A stretch of DNA of 61,472 bases, counting the filler, from Choristocarpus tenellus KU-1152 (taxonomy: Eukaryota > Protista > Phaeophyceae): the NCBI GenBank assembly GCA_964200185.2. It is 9 parts of 9 records of this genome, joined end to end, with 100 filler letters (N's around TTAATTAATTAA, not from the genome) between each part and the next. Parts side by side here need not be neighbours in the genome. Positions count along the whole stretch, not along the records: positions 22,483 to 28,757 come from CAXNAD020008506.1; positions 28,858 to 32,395 come from CAXNAD020019382.1; positions 32,496 to 36,154 come from CAXNAD020018670.1; positions 36,255 to 40,632 come from CAXNAD020014830.1; 5 more parts are not named here. One strand, written 5' to 3'. Made by a program: the position numbers and the translations under genes. Positions 26,257-39,600 of this stretch are shown piece after piece; the stretch's first letter is position 1, and the number at the start of each line of letters is the position of its first letter. The notes below the pieces were generated by a model. The model saw only the letters and a list, made by a program, of their open reading frames with translations, was not told the origin of the DNA and searched no databases.

Positions 26257-27059
26257 CTGGAAAAATGCACACACGCATAGAAAACACAAGAAAAAAACAT
26301 AGGAACATTGTTGAAGGGTTTCGCGTGTGTGGAGGAGATGGCAAGTGTGTGGCAGCTCCAGCATGAAAATGGAACTTGCAGAATATACTTGAACATACAT
26401 ATTGTTGCTGATATTTTGGTATGGAATCTTGTAGATAGTACATTGTCTCTTTCCCCTTAATCTTCTATGCTACTATTACAATTATGAAATATGAACTTTT
26501 CTTCAAATCCTACTAATGGAAACTGTTATGGGCAAGGAACGCGAATGATTAAAAAAAAACCCAGGACAAATCTTCTTTTCCCCTCTCAAACTTGTTTTTG
26601 GGGTCAACACCTGCCAGCTCGGCTTTATATATTTATCAACATTATGAAACTGCCAAGTTGTCTGGTGGGCAAACTAACCGGCAGCATCTACAGCGGAAGA
26701 GACCACACAAAAAGATTCACTACCCGTGCAACACCAAACATTTCATTGCAACAAAGTGCACAGTACCTTTCATCAATATTGGTACACTGCAAATCCCTCT
26801 TTTTGTCTGACAGAAATCCCCAACAAATGCCAAGGGGAAAGTCAAGTATAAAACAGCTGATCATCAAAATTGAGGGTGGAGCTTTTTATTGAGGATGAGC
26901 GAGACGCAGATTGGTGTGCGGAAAGTGCACATATGTTTTTTTTTTTAATGTTGTGGCACTTTTGGAAGGCCCCGCTATGAATGGGAATCCATCCCGACGA
27001 AGGTGGTAGTGGGAAAGTGTGTGGGGGGCAGCAACGATTTTGTTTGATCATTGTGTACA

Positions 27060-27446
27060 TCATGTATGCCCTGCGTTGGCTTGCTTGCTTGAATTGAAAG
27101 TGCGTTCGTGATAAAACTCTCTCTTCAACACCATTATTATATGGTTTCCGTCCAGTGTGCGTCCTTGAACGGCAAGCGCGGTGTCGGTGGTGAGCTGGTC
27201 CCCGTTGCCTAAGCAGTCTCGTTGGATGACGATGGATGGAGCAAACTGCTCGAGCCAGCCCCTTTCACGGGTAGACTTGCTGACGTACGCAAGGCCACGC
27301 TCGCTCAGGGGTCGCACCATCTCCGTGCACATGACGTTGCCGAGTTTCATCTTGTACATGCCCTTGGCAATGCTTTCCAACGCTCGCGATCCGTGGGCAG
27401 CGCCATTGGTGCACGGGGGGGTCGTTGCTGAGCGAATGTTGGACAT
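27060..27446 (-). pseudogene. ParB/Srx-like domain ORF, left-arm copy (33-bp in-frame deletion)
   Basis: MSNIRSATTPP...MVRPLSERGLAYVSKSTRERGWLEQFAPSIVI...TLDGNHIIMVLKREF resembles the ParB N-terminal pattern (R...l..Si...G....P.vv...iDG.HR..Al). Confidence 0.55.
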
Positions 27447-27803
27447 GGTGAAGATTGGGAAAGTGTGACGGTGATAGATAAGAAAGAGCTGCTGGTGGTG
27501 TGTGCGGAATGGAAGGAATGGAAATGAGGAGTGAGGACTGGGAGGTGCTGCTTTATTGTATGTATGTGTATCCTCCACCACCGCATAGTCGGGTGCTTTA
27601 AGCTCCTCCCCCTTTCGTTCGCCCCCTGCCACACACACAATTATCAACAGAAAGAGAAGTTTGAGTTTCTTGGGTACCGACGGACCAGGTGAAATAAAGC
27701 AGCACCTCCCAGCCCTCACTCCTCATTTCCATTCCTTCCCCTCCGCACATACCACCAGCAGCTCTTTCTTATCTATCCCCGTCACACCTTCCCAATCTTC
27801 ACA

Positions 27804-28227
27804 ATGTCCAACATTCGCTCAGCAACGACCCCCCCGCGTACCAATGGCGCTGCCCACGGATCGAGAGCGTTGGACAGCATTGCCAAGGGCATGTCCTCGC
27901 TCCTTGAACAGCACTACCTCGGCATGTACAAGATGAAACTCGGCAACGTCATGTGCACGGAGATGGTGCGGCCCCTGAGCGAGCGTGGCCTTGCGAGCGC
28001 GCGTCAGCAAGTCTACCCGTGAAAGGGGCTGGCTCGAGCAGTTTGCTCCATCCATCGTCATCCAACAAGACTGCTTAGGCAACGGGGACCAGCTCACCAC
28101 CGACACCGCGCTTGCCGTTCAAGGACGCACACTGGACGGAAACCATATAATAATGGTGTTGAAGAGAGAGTTTTATCACGAACGCACTTTCAATTCAAGC
28201 AAGCAAGCCAACGCAGGGCATACATGA
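27804..28227 (+). pseudogene. ParB/Srx-like domain ORF, right-arm copy (frameshifted near 27995)
   Basis: Same peptide as the left arm but retaining SSLLEQHYLGM. It is split over ORFs 27804-28022 and 27985-28227. Confidence 0.55.
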
Positions 28228-28757
28228 TGTACACAATGATCAAACAAAATCGTTGCTGCCCCCCACACACTTTCCCACTACCACCTTCATCGGGATGGAT
28301 TCCCATTCATAGCGGGGCCTTCCAAAAGTGCCGCAACTTTAAAAGAAAACATATGTGCACTTTCCGCACACCAATCTGCGTCTCGCTCATCGTCAATAAA
28401 AAGCTCCACCCTCAATTTTGATGATCGACTGTTATAATGGTAGGTGAAATGAGTGTGGTCTCCCCTGTCATGACAATTTCATGGAGTAGGTAACGTTTAC
28501 CTGAAGTCCCCACACATTTTATGTAACACTTACAGGCAGGAGTATGTGAAATGTCATACCAGAGTGTAAGCAAAGGTGACACAGACATATAAACACAATT
28601 TGTTTGAGATCATAACTCAACTCAAAGGCAGAAAAACAAATATGGTCTGATGGGGGGAACTCTGTTGACCAAAGCAGTCAACACAATCGAGACTAAAAAA
28701 TGCATGCACGATACACAATTTTTTTTTTTTGGCCTGGCTCAAAGTACCTGGAGGGGG

Positions 28758-28857
28758 NNNNNNNNNNNNNNNNNNNNNNNNNNNNNNNNNNNNNNNNNNN
28801 NTTAATTAATTAANNNNNNNNNNNNNNNNNNNNNNNNNNNNNNNNNNNNNNNNNNNN
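28758..28857. other. Artificial contig linker
   Basis: N44-TTAATTAATTAA-N44. Confidence 0.97.
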
Positions 28858-29287
28858 TTTTGAACCCCGAAAGTTCTCTCACACACAAACCCTCTCCCCC
28901 CCCTCCCACCCTCCCCCCCCCCCCCCCCCAGGGTATCGCCAACTCTGCTGTTACCTCCTCAATCTCATATTCAGACAAACACACAGGAACAGACAGGGAT
29001 GTAATTTGGATTCCAATATGTGACATGCTTCCGATTTCCCCTAGAAGTCAGGAATTGAAGCTGATAATTTATGGAGTTGTTTGCTGGTCAGTATGATGAT
29101 ATCAGGCATATACACTGACGAATAAGGTATACCCGTCATACCTCGAATGGTTTTTTTTCACATACACATCGAAAAACATTTCTTGAAGAAAAAAATATTT
29201 TCTGTGCCCTTCCTTCCTGGCCTGTGCTGGAAAGGAAAAAAAAACAAACACTCATCTCTCGTGAAAACTACCCTTCGCGCTATCCAG

Positions 29288-32200
29288 GTGTGGAACACCA
29301 TGACTGGTGATGAGCTGCTGACCCTCGACGGTCACCGGAATGTGGTCTACGCAATTGCATTCAATAACCCTTGGGGGGACAAGATCATCACCGGGTCTTT
29401 CGACAAGACCTGTAAACTCTGGAACGCTGAGGTGAGTGAGTTAGGGATCAGGAATTAGGGACCAGGGACTATTATTGAATGTCCCACTCATACCTCCCAC
29501 TAGGGGCAAATTTCCAGAACCAAACTATTATTCTTTTTCATTCCCTTTGTTGAATCTTGAATCTTGAATCTTGAATATTGAATATTGAATCTTGAATCCT
29601 GCAGTCGCAGTTCGCAGAGCAGGTTCCGAATATATTACTCGTCCAAAAAACCATTGTCGTCTGCAGAACACAACTTGTTTTAATCCCGTTGTGTCTTTTA
29701 CAGAAGAAGTGCATTGCCCCTTGATCTCACAAGTTATTCGTTGGTTAGGGATAGGGTTAGGGCTGGGGAAAGGGCGCAAGCCCTTGATAACTGCCACTAT
29801 ATTAATAGTAGGTTTGGGTCCCTTGGAACACCTGTTCATATGTTTGACAACTCTTCACCGAGAACTGATTTTCTAATGTATGACCTGATCGCACCCCTAT
29901 GGGGTTGCAATTGAACTATGTAAATAAACAGTATAATTTCAAACGGAGAATTACTCCCCATCTCAACAGTGTTTTACATACTCCATTAAACTATGTGTAA
30001 AATACTGTTATTACTACACGTATTATAATATTATTATATATTGTTCGACACTTCATTGAGGTACACCCTTTTTTGTCAAATGTCGAATTGCCTCTTTGGA
30101 TTGGATGAGGTTTTTGAAAACGAAAAACTTTAGTCATTAGGGTGTTCCTGTCTTCCCACTCAGGCACATTACGGAATTGTTATGATGATTCATTCAAGAC
30201 AATGGGAGACCCAAGCTCTTAGGGCTTAGGCGACATTACAATACAGGGATAAGGGTTTTGATATTCTTCTGACAAGGGTCCAAAGGGCAGGGAACGAAAA
30301 TCCAAAAGAGCAGGCAATGCCATGGGTGTTTTTACAGTGATAGTTTTGACAACACGCCAGAGGACAAAATAATAATGTGTTTTTGACGATGAAGGAGATT
30401 GTAAAAGATCAACAGGTGAACAGTAAATCAACAGGTAAGCAGTGAGATGAGCAAAACTGAAATGTGTACATGCGTGTGAGTGTGCACGTGCTTGTGTGTG
30501 TGTGTGTGTGTGTGTATCACTTTATCGATGTGTGTATATAAGTACACATGCGCATATCTATGAGGTGATCACTGCATCATACTGAGGGGGTACACACATA
30601 CATACAGTTGCAAAAGAAAAAAGCAGGACGTCCACACATGAATCACACTCATGCACACAGATGCACAGAGAAACATACACATACACATACACAATTAAAC
30701 ACAGACACGCATGCACACACACTCTGCCCATCTCACTGTCATCATCCCCCCACTCTAGTGCTGACATCTGCGATGTCCTTGCCACTACTCCTAACCCTAA
30801 CCGTAACTTTCAAGACGGGAGATTTGAATCACACCTATCGTGGACATGCAACAGAGATAGTGTGCCTATCATTTGATCCACATGGGACAATGATTGCAAC
30901 AGGTTCGATGGACAACACGGCCAGGTAGGTACTGCACCTTTTTTTTTTCGTAAGACAAAGGCATGACGAGTTGTTCATTTTCTATTTTTTGTTGATTATG
31001 TAGAGCGCTTTTCTTGTAGAGGGTTGTGTGATAGTTCGGGAGAGCTTTGTTGATAGTAGGGATAGGTGATAGGTCTGAAGCTACGAATAGCGCTGATTCT
31101 TTTCTTTTCTTTTCTCTAGGGTGTGCTTCTAGGTAGGGTAGTGCAGTAGGGGAGGGAGTTGAGCGGGTTTAACTTGACTTCAGAACAACTGCATGGTGTA
31201 CGTGTGTGTGTGAATATGCATGTGTGCGTGTGTGTATGGTCAATGCTCCGAAATAGTTTATTGAGATTAATGCATCAGTCAGTGGCAGGTTTGTTTTAAC
31301 TTCTTTCATGTTGTGAAGAATGACTCTCTGTTTGAAATTCGTACTTTGTAGAGATTGATAGGCGCACGGATGCTGTGTAAAGGTCTACAATACTTCATAT
31401 TACTCCAGAGTATAACTACCAGAGCTGTCATTCTAAATAACACTCAAATATCCCTTCTATCAACTTTGTGTTTTGAGAAGTGACTTGTGTCCTATTCATA
31501 AAAAGCATGTATTTGTGTTAAAGGCAATGCTCTAAATTTAGTTTATTTAGTGTGACTCTGTGTATTAGAGACGTGTCTGTGGAATATTATCACAATGCTC
31601 TGGAGTACATATATCAAAACCCCACAAGGTCATTTTTCTGTACTCCTCTCCCTCCACCCCACCCCCCTCCCTGCCAAATGGTCCCTCCCCCCCACCACAT
31701 CACAACACACACACACACACACTTGCTCGCCAAATGCCTGCTCCAGCTCTTCCCCCACCCAATTTGTTTATAAATTCTCAAATTGAGCCCACACTTTCTT
31801 TTTCAAATTGGTTGCTCTCTCACCAACTCGAAACAACCCAAAGACTAAGGAAGGTTATGGCTTTCTAACACCATTCACAAGACATTACTCAAAAGACACC
31901 ATTCATCAAAAGAGACTTTTTTTGTTTGTTATCAAACCCTACATACCCAAAGTCATTGTTGAGCGTAACATTGGAAATAAACCCCCTATGCATATATTAT
32001 TGTAGGACTTGAATAATGAGCACGAACAAATCAAGAAGGAGCGCAACTGAACTAACTGAACTAGGCCTAATGGACCCAAATTCACAAAGAAAAATAACCC
32101 CCAAAAGTGGCAAGTCACAAATCTCCCCACATCTCGACCACACACGCCACCTCAACCAATACCAACTCTGTTCGTTGTGTGCTTCCCACAAGAAGATGCG

Positions 32201-32395
32201 GCTTCAAAAACTCCTCAACAGTGTTTTTTTTTTTTTCAAAGCATTGATTCTGCTTCTTTCCTGTCTTCTTGCTCCTTTTTCCTCTCACTTGGGACACACA
32301 CGGGGGGGGGGGGGTTAGGCTCTACGACGTACAGTCGGGCGAGTGTCTTCACACCCTGCTTGGCCACACCGCTGAGAACGTTTCGCTCCACTTTG
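29288..32395 (+). CDS. DAW1: Dynein assembly factor with WD repeats 1 (ODA16/WDR69), internal exons
   Basis: Exons 29288-29431, 30815-30924 and 32319-32395 (runs into the gap) join in phase. They give [104 protein letters not shown]. [31 protein letters not shown] is the DAW1 signature. Confidence 0.93.
29549..29598. repeat. (TTGAATC/TTGAATA)n heptamer microsatellite
   Basis: About 7 consecutive units in a DAW1 intron. Confidence 0.85.
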
Positions 32396-32495
32396 NNNNN
32401 NNNNNNNNNNNNNNNNNNNNNNNNNNNNNNNNNNNNNNNTTAATTAATTAANNNNNNNNNNNNNNNNNNNNNNNNNNNNNNNNNNNNNNNNNNNN
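32396..32495. other. Artificial contig linker
   Basis: N44-TTAATTAATTAA-N44. Confidence 0.97.
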
Positions 32496-33452
32496 ACGAG
32501 CCTGCTCTCGCTCCAGTTTGCCCATCTTTACAGCCAGTACACTGGTGTGTTCACCCTCTGGCGCGACCGTGTCCCTCCGGTGGTGGCGTTCTCGATCCCC
32601 CGGACCTCGACCAGGACCGGCGGCCCCTTGCCTGGGGCGTCTCTTCCTCCGTGACTGCAAAAGGACTCCGGGCAGCCTCTCCGGCTTCGGGATGGTCAAC
32701 ATGGATCGCAGTTCTGGGGGAAGTCCGTGACTCTGTCGCTGCTGAGGCGTTACTATCCCGCCAGGGACATAGTACCCACATGAACCGTCGCTCGGAACTC
32801 CTCCGACCCCTCTGTTTCCTCCCTGACCTACGGCGGTACCTGGGGCCCTGGGCATCGAGATGGTCCCTGCCTGGGGTCCTGCATCTGAACCAACCATGCT
32901 ATGGCCAGGGAACTTTGGCAGCGGTAACGGCGCATCGGGGTCCAGTTGAACCTCTGACAACGGAATCCTCTTGGCTCTTGTTTCCCTCGAGGCTGGTGGT
33001 CCCTTTCTCCTCGCAGTTCCACCTGGAGGTTCTCCTACGCCAAAAGTACCGGTCCTCCTCTCGGTCCTACTCCCATGGTACGTCATCGCCTTAGGGTTAG
33101 GGCTCTTACGTCTCGTCTCGCGGTCATCCGCGACTGGGATGGGGGTAGCATCCGGATGCAGAGGAGGAGGAGGAGGAGGAGAGGAACGATTCGGGAACGT
33201 TCCTGGTCGTGAGAGTGTTCCGCGATAGAGGCGACTGGTATATGCCGCGTCATGTCGTTGGTTGCCATGGGGGCTTGTCTGTTGGTTGACTTTACTTCTC
33301 TGGTGAGGGTGGTGCCTCATGGAAGGTGTAAGGCCATTGAGCTTGTCCAGTTCCATCCTGGCCTCTCTTAAGTGAAATATCTCAAGGTGGAGGGCCTCAA
33401 CATTAAGCTTTGTTGCAGCACGAGTCATTGATTGTGTTGGATTTTTTATTGT

Positions 33453-33487
<35 letters not shown>

Positions 33488-34492
33488 AAGAAGGGGATAG
33501 GGAAAAGACAATTTTTAGGGTTTGTTGTNNNNNNNNNNGGGAAGGGAAGGGGACAAAGATAGGGTTAGGGTTAATGCAACTTTTAAGGTTAGAGTTGTAG
33601 CGAGTGTGCTGTGTTGGCTTCGAACGGTTAACGGTTCACAAAAAAAAGGGTTAGGGTTTTGGTGTATACACATTGTATAGTGTATTAAAAAAAATCACAG
33701 TTGTATGTCTTTCACCGATCAATGTTTTGTTAATTATTTAGATAATAAATTGGTAGTGATTAGGGTTGTCGAGTATGGTGGATAAGGCTAGGGTTAGGGT
33801 TACTTCAGTCCCAATGGATTGTACTCTGAACCCCCACCCTATATGCAGTAGGGTTAGAGTTAGGACAGGAAGTGTTGGTGGTGGAGTTCCAGAGCATGCC
33901 ATAGTATATGCAAAAAATAATTCTGGTGAGAAAGTTGGGAACAACCCAGTGGAGGTTACGATATGTGCATCTGATAGGCTAGGTGCTTCCAACGACTTGA
34001 TATTTCAGACTTCACAATAAGGGCAAGAAAATAGCAGGTTGAGAGTAGGAAGGGCAAGGTGGGGGTGAAGTAATGGTGTGGTACTAAGCTTCCATTTGTG
34101 GTTCGTCCAAAGATACTATGTGTTATACGTAGTACCTAATAGTAAAACAAGAATAAAACAAATGTAAGTAAGACGAGAAGAGGAGACATGTGCATTTTCA
34201 GGAGAGGCCTACAGAGTAGATAGATAGATAGATGGCATTGGAGCGCTGTGATACACGGATTTGACATTGGTGAAAGAAAAAATGAAACCTCTGGAGCAAC
34301 GAAATGCGTGCCAGCCTTTGAATGTGACTATATGTCAAAAACGATAAGGTGGTAACTCCACCACACTCAAGAAGCACTACACACAGAATGGTCTGGGGTA
34401 TTGATCAGCATGCGTGTGGGAGAATGACATGTTCAAACCTTTAACCCTAACCCTAACCCCCTTCAAAAATACTCCGTGGATGACAGTAGGGT

Positions 34493-34525
<33 letters not shown>

Positions 34526-35930
34526 ACAAGTCCTGAAAACCCTAACCCTGACAGGCTTCCATTAGATGCGGATAGGTTTAGGGCAAGGGTTAGACCAAAA
34601 ACACAATATTAACAACAGAAAAAAAAAAAAGCCATGTAGCACACCAAGAGCGCTCTCGGGCATCATTGCCTTTAGGGTTAGGGTTTGGGTCATTGTTAGG
34701 GATGCAGCACTCGCAACAAGGAGTAGGTCCAGGAGTGCTTCCAACATGAGGGTAATACCAAAGCGAGGGGGTGTGTAAGGCAGGTGTGGCACCTCTGACA
34801 CCTCTCCTCTATAGGTACTCTTATGCAGGCTACTCCGGGGGGGATGTCAGCAAGCAAGGGTATACCTTATCGCAAGGAGTCTTGCTTTTGAGGAGAATAT
34901 ACATTTGATTGGCTCAGTTTCAGCAGATGCAGCCCAATCAATCATAGTAACTGTGTTTGCAATGGCATAGTGCCTGACTTTGTTTCCTATAATCTCATTC
35001 CCACTAAGGGTCAGCCAATGGTCAACTGCATGGCACATACAGTATCTCACAAACTGATAATACCATCACTATTGTGGATCCACGTGTTGCACATGAGAGC
35101 GCTTGCTATGAATCTAATTCCTCTTTTACCAAGTACACCACAAGTCATGATGATCGGCAACTGTTAAATCTAATTCCTCTTATCCAGGATATTGTATTGG
35201 ATGCAGTTGTGATCACCCTGTTTAACAATCTTGGCCAAGAGTCTTGAGTACAATTGGTAAGGTGCTGCAATTTCGTGATATGTACTGGAGGGACACATCT
35301 GCTGTCTGCATGGACCAAAGCATACGATTGCCCCAACAACAGACACCGTGCAATACTCCCAAATCAACAGAGCTCTGGAGCCTACAGCATGTGCCCTAGA
35401 GCCTTGATCTTTTGGTCAGGGCCAACGCGTTGCACATGCAGGCTCTTCTTGACAGTGTACAGTGTCGCCTTTTGAACCATGTACCCTCCAAAAAATAATA
35501 CAGAGCTCTAGAGCCTGTACTATATGCCCCAGTGCCTCCAATTTAGGGTTAGGGTTAAGATAAAACACATGCAATACGTACCCTCTGTCAATGGCGGTGT
35601 ACAGCGATACTCTTTCACACCATGCACCCTCCTACTAACAATATTATAGAGCCCTAGAGCGCTGCACCATATGCCCTGGAGCCTCCAAATCGGGCCAGGA
35701 TTAACACATGTCCACTCCCTGTTATTGTTCCACCTACCTCATCCTGTACCCTTCCATCGACCACTGCAGGGGACTGGTGAGCTGTACCCTCAGGATTAAC
35801 CACGGGGTGGTGGCCAAGGGCCTGTGAGTACTGGGAACCAGCTTGCATGATGCCCATGGGAGCTAGAGCAGCCAGGTCATTAAGCTGCTGATAGCCCTCC
35901 ACCAGGTTTTTTACCCTGCGACTCAACCCT
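32496..35930 (-). CDS. Unknown protein fragment with a large Pro/Arg/Gly-rich disordered exon and short coiled-coil-like segments
   Basis: A GC-rich open frame of ~300 codons spans about 33410 to the gap (LNVEALHLEIFHLREARMELDKLNG...KMGKLEREQAR). A candidate upstream exon lies at 35930-35738 with donor GAG|gtaggt. Exon linkage is uncertain. Confidence 0.5.
35367..35700. repeat. Diverged tandem repeat with ~130-150-bp period
   Basis: The motif agagctctggagcctacagcatgtgccctagagcct recurs with variation at about 35369, 35502 and 35648. Confidence 0.6.
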
Positions 35931-36154
35931 TCACCGGGGAAATTGGCAAATGGGGTTGACAAAAAGTTCAGGCAGTGTTCACATTGAAAGTATCATGCAC
36001 AGGGAGGGTGGGGAGTCACACAAATGATAACACCTGAAAAACAGTACAATAATAATTATGATGATCACAACATTGTGGGGGGGGGGGGGGGGGGGAAAGG
36101 GGAATTTTTTTTTTGTTGCCCCCAAAAAAGGTGTTTCACCAAAGGGGAACATTG

Positions 36155-36254
36155 NNNNNNNNNNNNNNNNNNNNNNNNNNNNNNNNNNNNNNNNNNNNTT
36201 AATTAATTAANNNNNNNNNNNNNNNNNNNNNNNNNNNNNNNNNNNNNNNNNNNN
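36155..36254. other. Artificial contig linker
   Basis: N44-TTAATTAATTAA-N44. Confidence 0.97.
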
Positions 36255-36642
36255 AGGTGCACTTTTCCTGATTTTGCCTCCCCCCCTTCCCCCCCCAGAT
36301 ACTTCTAGCCATAGTTACTGGGTATCATTTTTAAAAAAAGAAAAAAGAGGACATTTAAAAATAAAAATCACTAAAACCATCAAAGAAAAGAAATTGTAAC
36401 TAGGGGGTCTTGAAGCAACATCCTATTGAATTTGATTACAATTTGACAGATACAGCAGTACCCCAGTACCCTAACCCTCTGCAGTCTACAAAACTAGTTA
36501 ATACTTCCTAGGCACAAGAGTTCACTCATGTTGAACAGGTCAAGGACAGAGTCACCCCCCAAACCCCAGGCACACAATTAACAATACTAAAATTCCTTAT
36601 TCTCTTCTCTCTCTCTCTCTCTGCCCCCTCCCTCTATGTCAC

Positions 36643-39600
36643 CTTGGTCAATGTCCCTCTGGCTGCGACATTTCACCATGACATACCCAAGCTTGAGGGG
36701 CTTCCTTAGATTTTTCAGCACTGCTGCTGCCTCATCCTCATTACCAGGACCAATCAGATCTGGCTTTGTCAACACCCCAATTGTACGATCACCCTCCGGG
36801 TCCACCTTAGCAGTCACGAGTTAGGATTAGGGATAGGGTTAGGGCTATTAAAGTTAGGTATTTTGACTATAAGGGTTAGGGTTAGGGATAGAGTTAGGGC
36901 TATTGATGTTAGGTATTTTGAATATAAAAGGGCTGTTGATGTTGAGCTTTTTGGCTATAACGGCTAGGTTATAGGTATAATTGTTGGTATGTACTATACC
37001 CACAAATAATGGCATCATCGTCACATATTATTGGTCTTATTAGAATCTATTGGTACTGTATGTCCTAGTGAAAAATTGTATTAGTATCAATACAAATGAA
37101 TACTAACACTAACACTGGAATACTAGTAACATACACATAAAAATATTATCTTACTAATACATACACATAATACTACTACTAATAATAATACTATCTTACT
37201 AATACATACATATATAATACTATATTACTAACCCTAGTCCTAACCTATGAAACAAGGCTATTTCCTACCAGCAGGGTGGCAACTGATCTAGAATATTCAT
37301 ACCTCGTCTCCTCCAACTGTAGTAGTAGTACACGCTTGTCTCACATAGTAATGACATTGGTATCAACTACTACTTCCTCACAAGTACTACCGATTGTTTC
37401 TTACAACGAGAATGTAAAAGCCTTCCAGGTTCACCATCACCTACCATCTTATAGGTCCAGGTCAGGGTTACACTGACTGGTACTCCCACAGCATGATTGA
37501 CACCTACAGGTACACCTTAAGTGAAGGGTTGAATTAATAGTATTATTATTATTGTTATTATTAATAATAAGAACAATAAATAAAAGCTGTAGATTATACA
37601 CTTGGAATGACTTATAACTGCATGAGTGGAAAGACACTTGGCGACAAGGAGATTGAAATAAAATATTATATATACACTTTTTTAGTACTTATAATATAAC
37701 AGGGAGATTTGTGCACTACATAAAATGTTCATCAATTCATGCCCAGTTTATTTTTTGTAAATCGGAACAAAAAAATGCCGTACAAGGTACCCTTTTTTTT
37801 TTTTAAAAAGGACCTTGAATGAACAGTCTCCCACTATAAATATAACGGTTACTGTTGTAAGACATCTCCACCCAATCGGTTTGTGGTTAAATTGCACCAT
37901 CTCCACCCAATCGGCATCACTCAATCACTCTCAACATTCCAACATCTGAATTGTTACATGCGTCAAGATTTGAAAAATAAGAACACAAACAAAGGCTGAT
38001 CACAAAGATCACAAAAAGTACCTGACGAGGTACTTCAAGGCGAGCCATGAGTAGCCCTAACCCTAAGTGTGAGATACATGTGCTTGGTAACTATATAACC
38101 CTAACCCTTGACTTTTTGTTCTGATTTCACCAGGAATATCAAGAAGTTAAATCAGTCATGAACCATTTGCAAGCGTACCCTATAATAATAAAAATAATAG
38201 AGCCAACCATAACACTAACCCACACAACACACCGTCAGTGAAGCACAACACAACACAACATAACACAACACAACACAACATAATCCTCCATGGGTATGCA
38301 TACAACCAATGCCATGGGTTACGGGTTGGTGACAGTCCTCATCCAATACAGTTATAACCAGCTAGTACTGTCGTTGGTTCAAAGTTGACTGTGTCAAGGT
38401 GGAAAGGGTTAGGGAAGCACACCAGAGGATAACAAAACACAGCATGTCTCTTAGTGAGTGTGCGTTATTTAGCATGCCTTCAGCTTGGTCAAACCCCATA
38501 CTCTTAGTGAGAACCATGCACAGCAAAGGAAATTTCAAGGAAAATTCCTGTGGAAGGAGAGGGGGCTAAAGAACAAAGTATATATGAAAAAATAAATATA
38601 TATATCATGTATAGTAGTTACTACATAGAAATGCATCGACCCGTCAAAAAAACAAAAAAAAGTTGGATTTAGAGATAATAAAATAAAATACACACGAGGT
38701 CCAACAGCCTTGGCAGACCACCTCACCCCCTTGGCCCTCTCAAGGATATCCACGGTGGCCACATCTTGGTTGGCAGGCACAACAGCAAGAATTATGGTCC
38801 TTTCCTGCTCCAGAAACCTAACACACAGACACACACACATGCCAAAACAGGGAAGTAGGACATAAAGAGGTACATACTTCAGCGTGCTCTTCAATACAAA
38901 AGAGGAATGGCATGGACATAGCCCAGACAGAGCTCTAGGTTTTGTTGCATTAAAGGTATACCTTCTGGAGCTTCCCTTCAAACAATGACTACATCAAGAG
39001 AGAGAGAGAGAGGGAGAGAGAGAGCATGCCTTGATGACAGGCAAGGGGGGCGTTGGGGGGCTTGGGAGGGGGTATCTTCTCACCTCTGAATGAGTCCATT
39101 GACCTCCCCCATGACACTGGCTCTCTGACCCTTCGTGGCTGTCCTTACAATCCCAGGCAGATCAATCAGTGTCAAGTCCGGAAGGCCTGGCGCTTGCACC
39201 TATCACACAGTAGTTATCACAGAGCGGTTACCACAGATAAGTTACCAAACAGTAGTTATCACACAGTAGTTACCACAGAGTGGTTACCACAGAGAAGTTA
39301 TCAAACAGTAGTTATCACCGAGTAGATATCACAGAGAAGTTACCAAACAGTAGTTATCACACAGTAGTTACCACAGAGTGGTTACCACATTACCACAGAG
39401 AAGTTATCAAACAGTAGTTATTACACAATGGTTATCACAAAGTAGTAAAGTGCATCACCCCACAAGGGGCAAAGGGGCAAGGGGGGGTAGATATATGCCT
39501 GTAAAGGTGGTTCTATCAATAGATGTGTTTTTTTGCACAGTAATAAAAAAAATGAGAAAAAAACAAAAAAAGCTTGAAACTGTTGAAACTGTTGAAACTG

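Larger units (their letters stand above)
26852..28433. repeat. Large inverted duplication (arms 26852-27557 and 27693-28433, 135-bp spacer)
   Basis: The arms are near-identical reverse complements and translate to the same peptides. They differ by scattered substitutions and a few indels. Confidence 0.95.
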
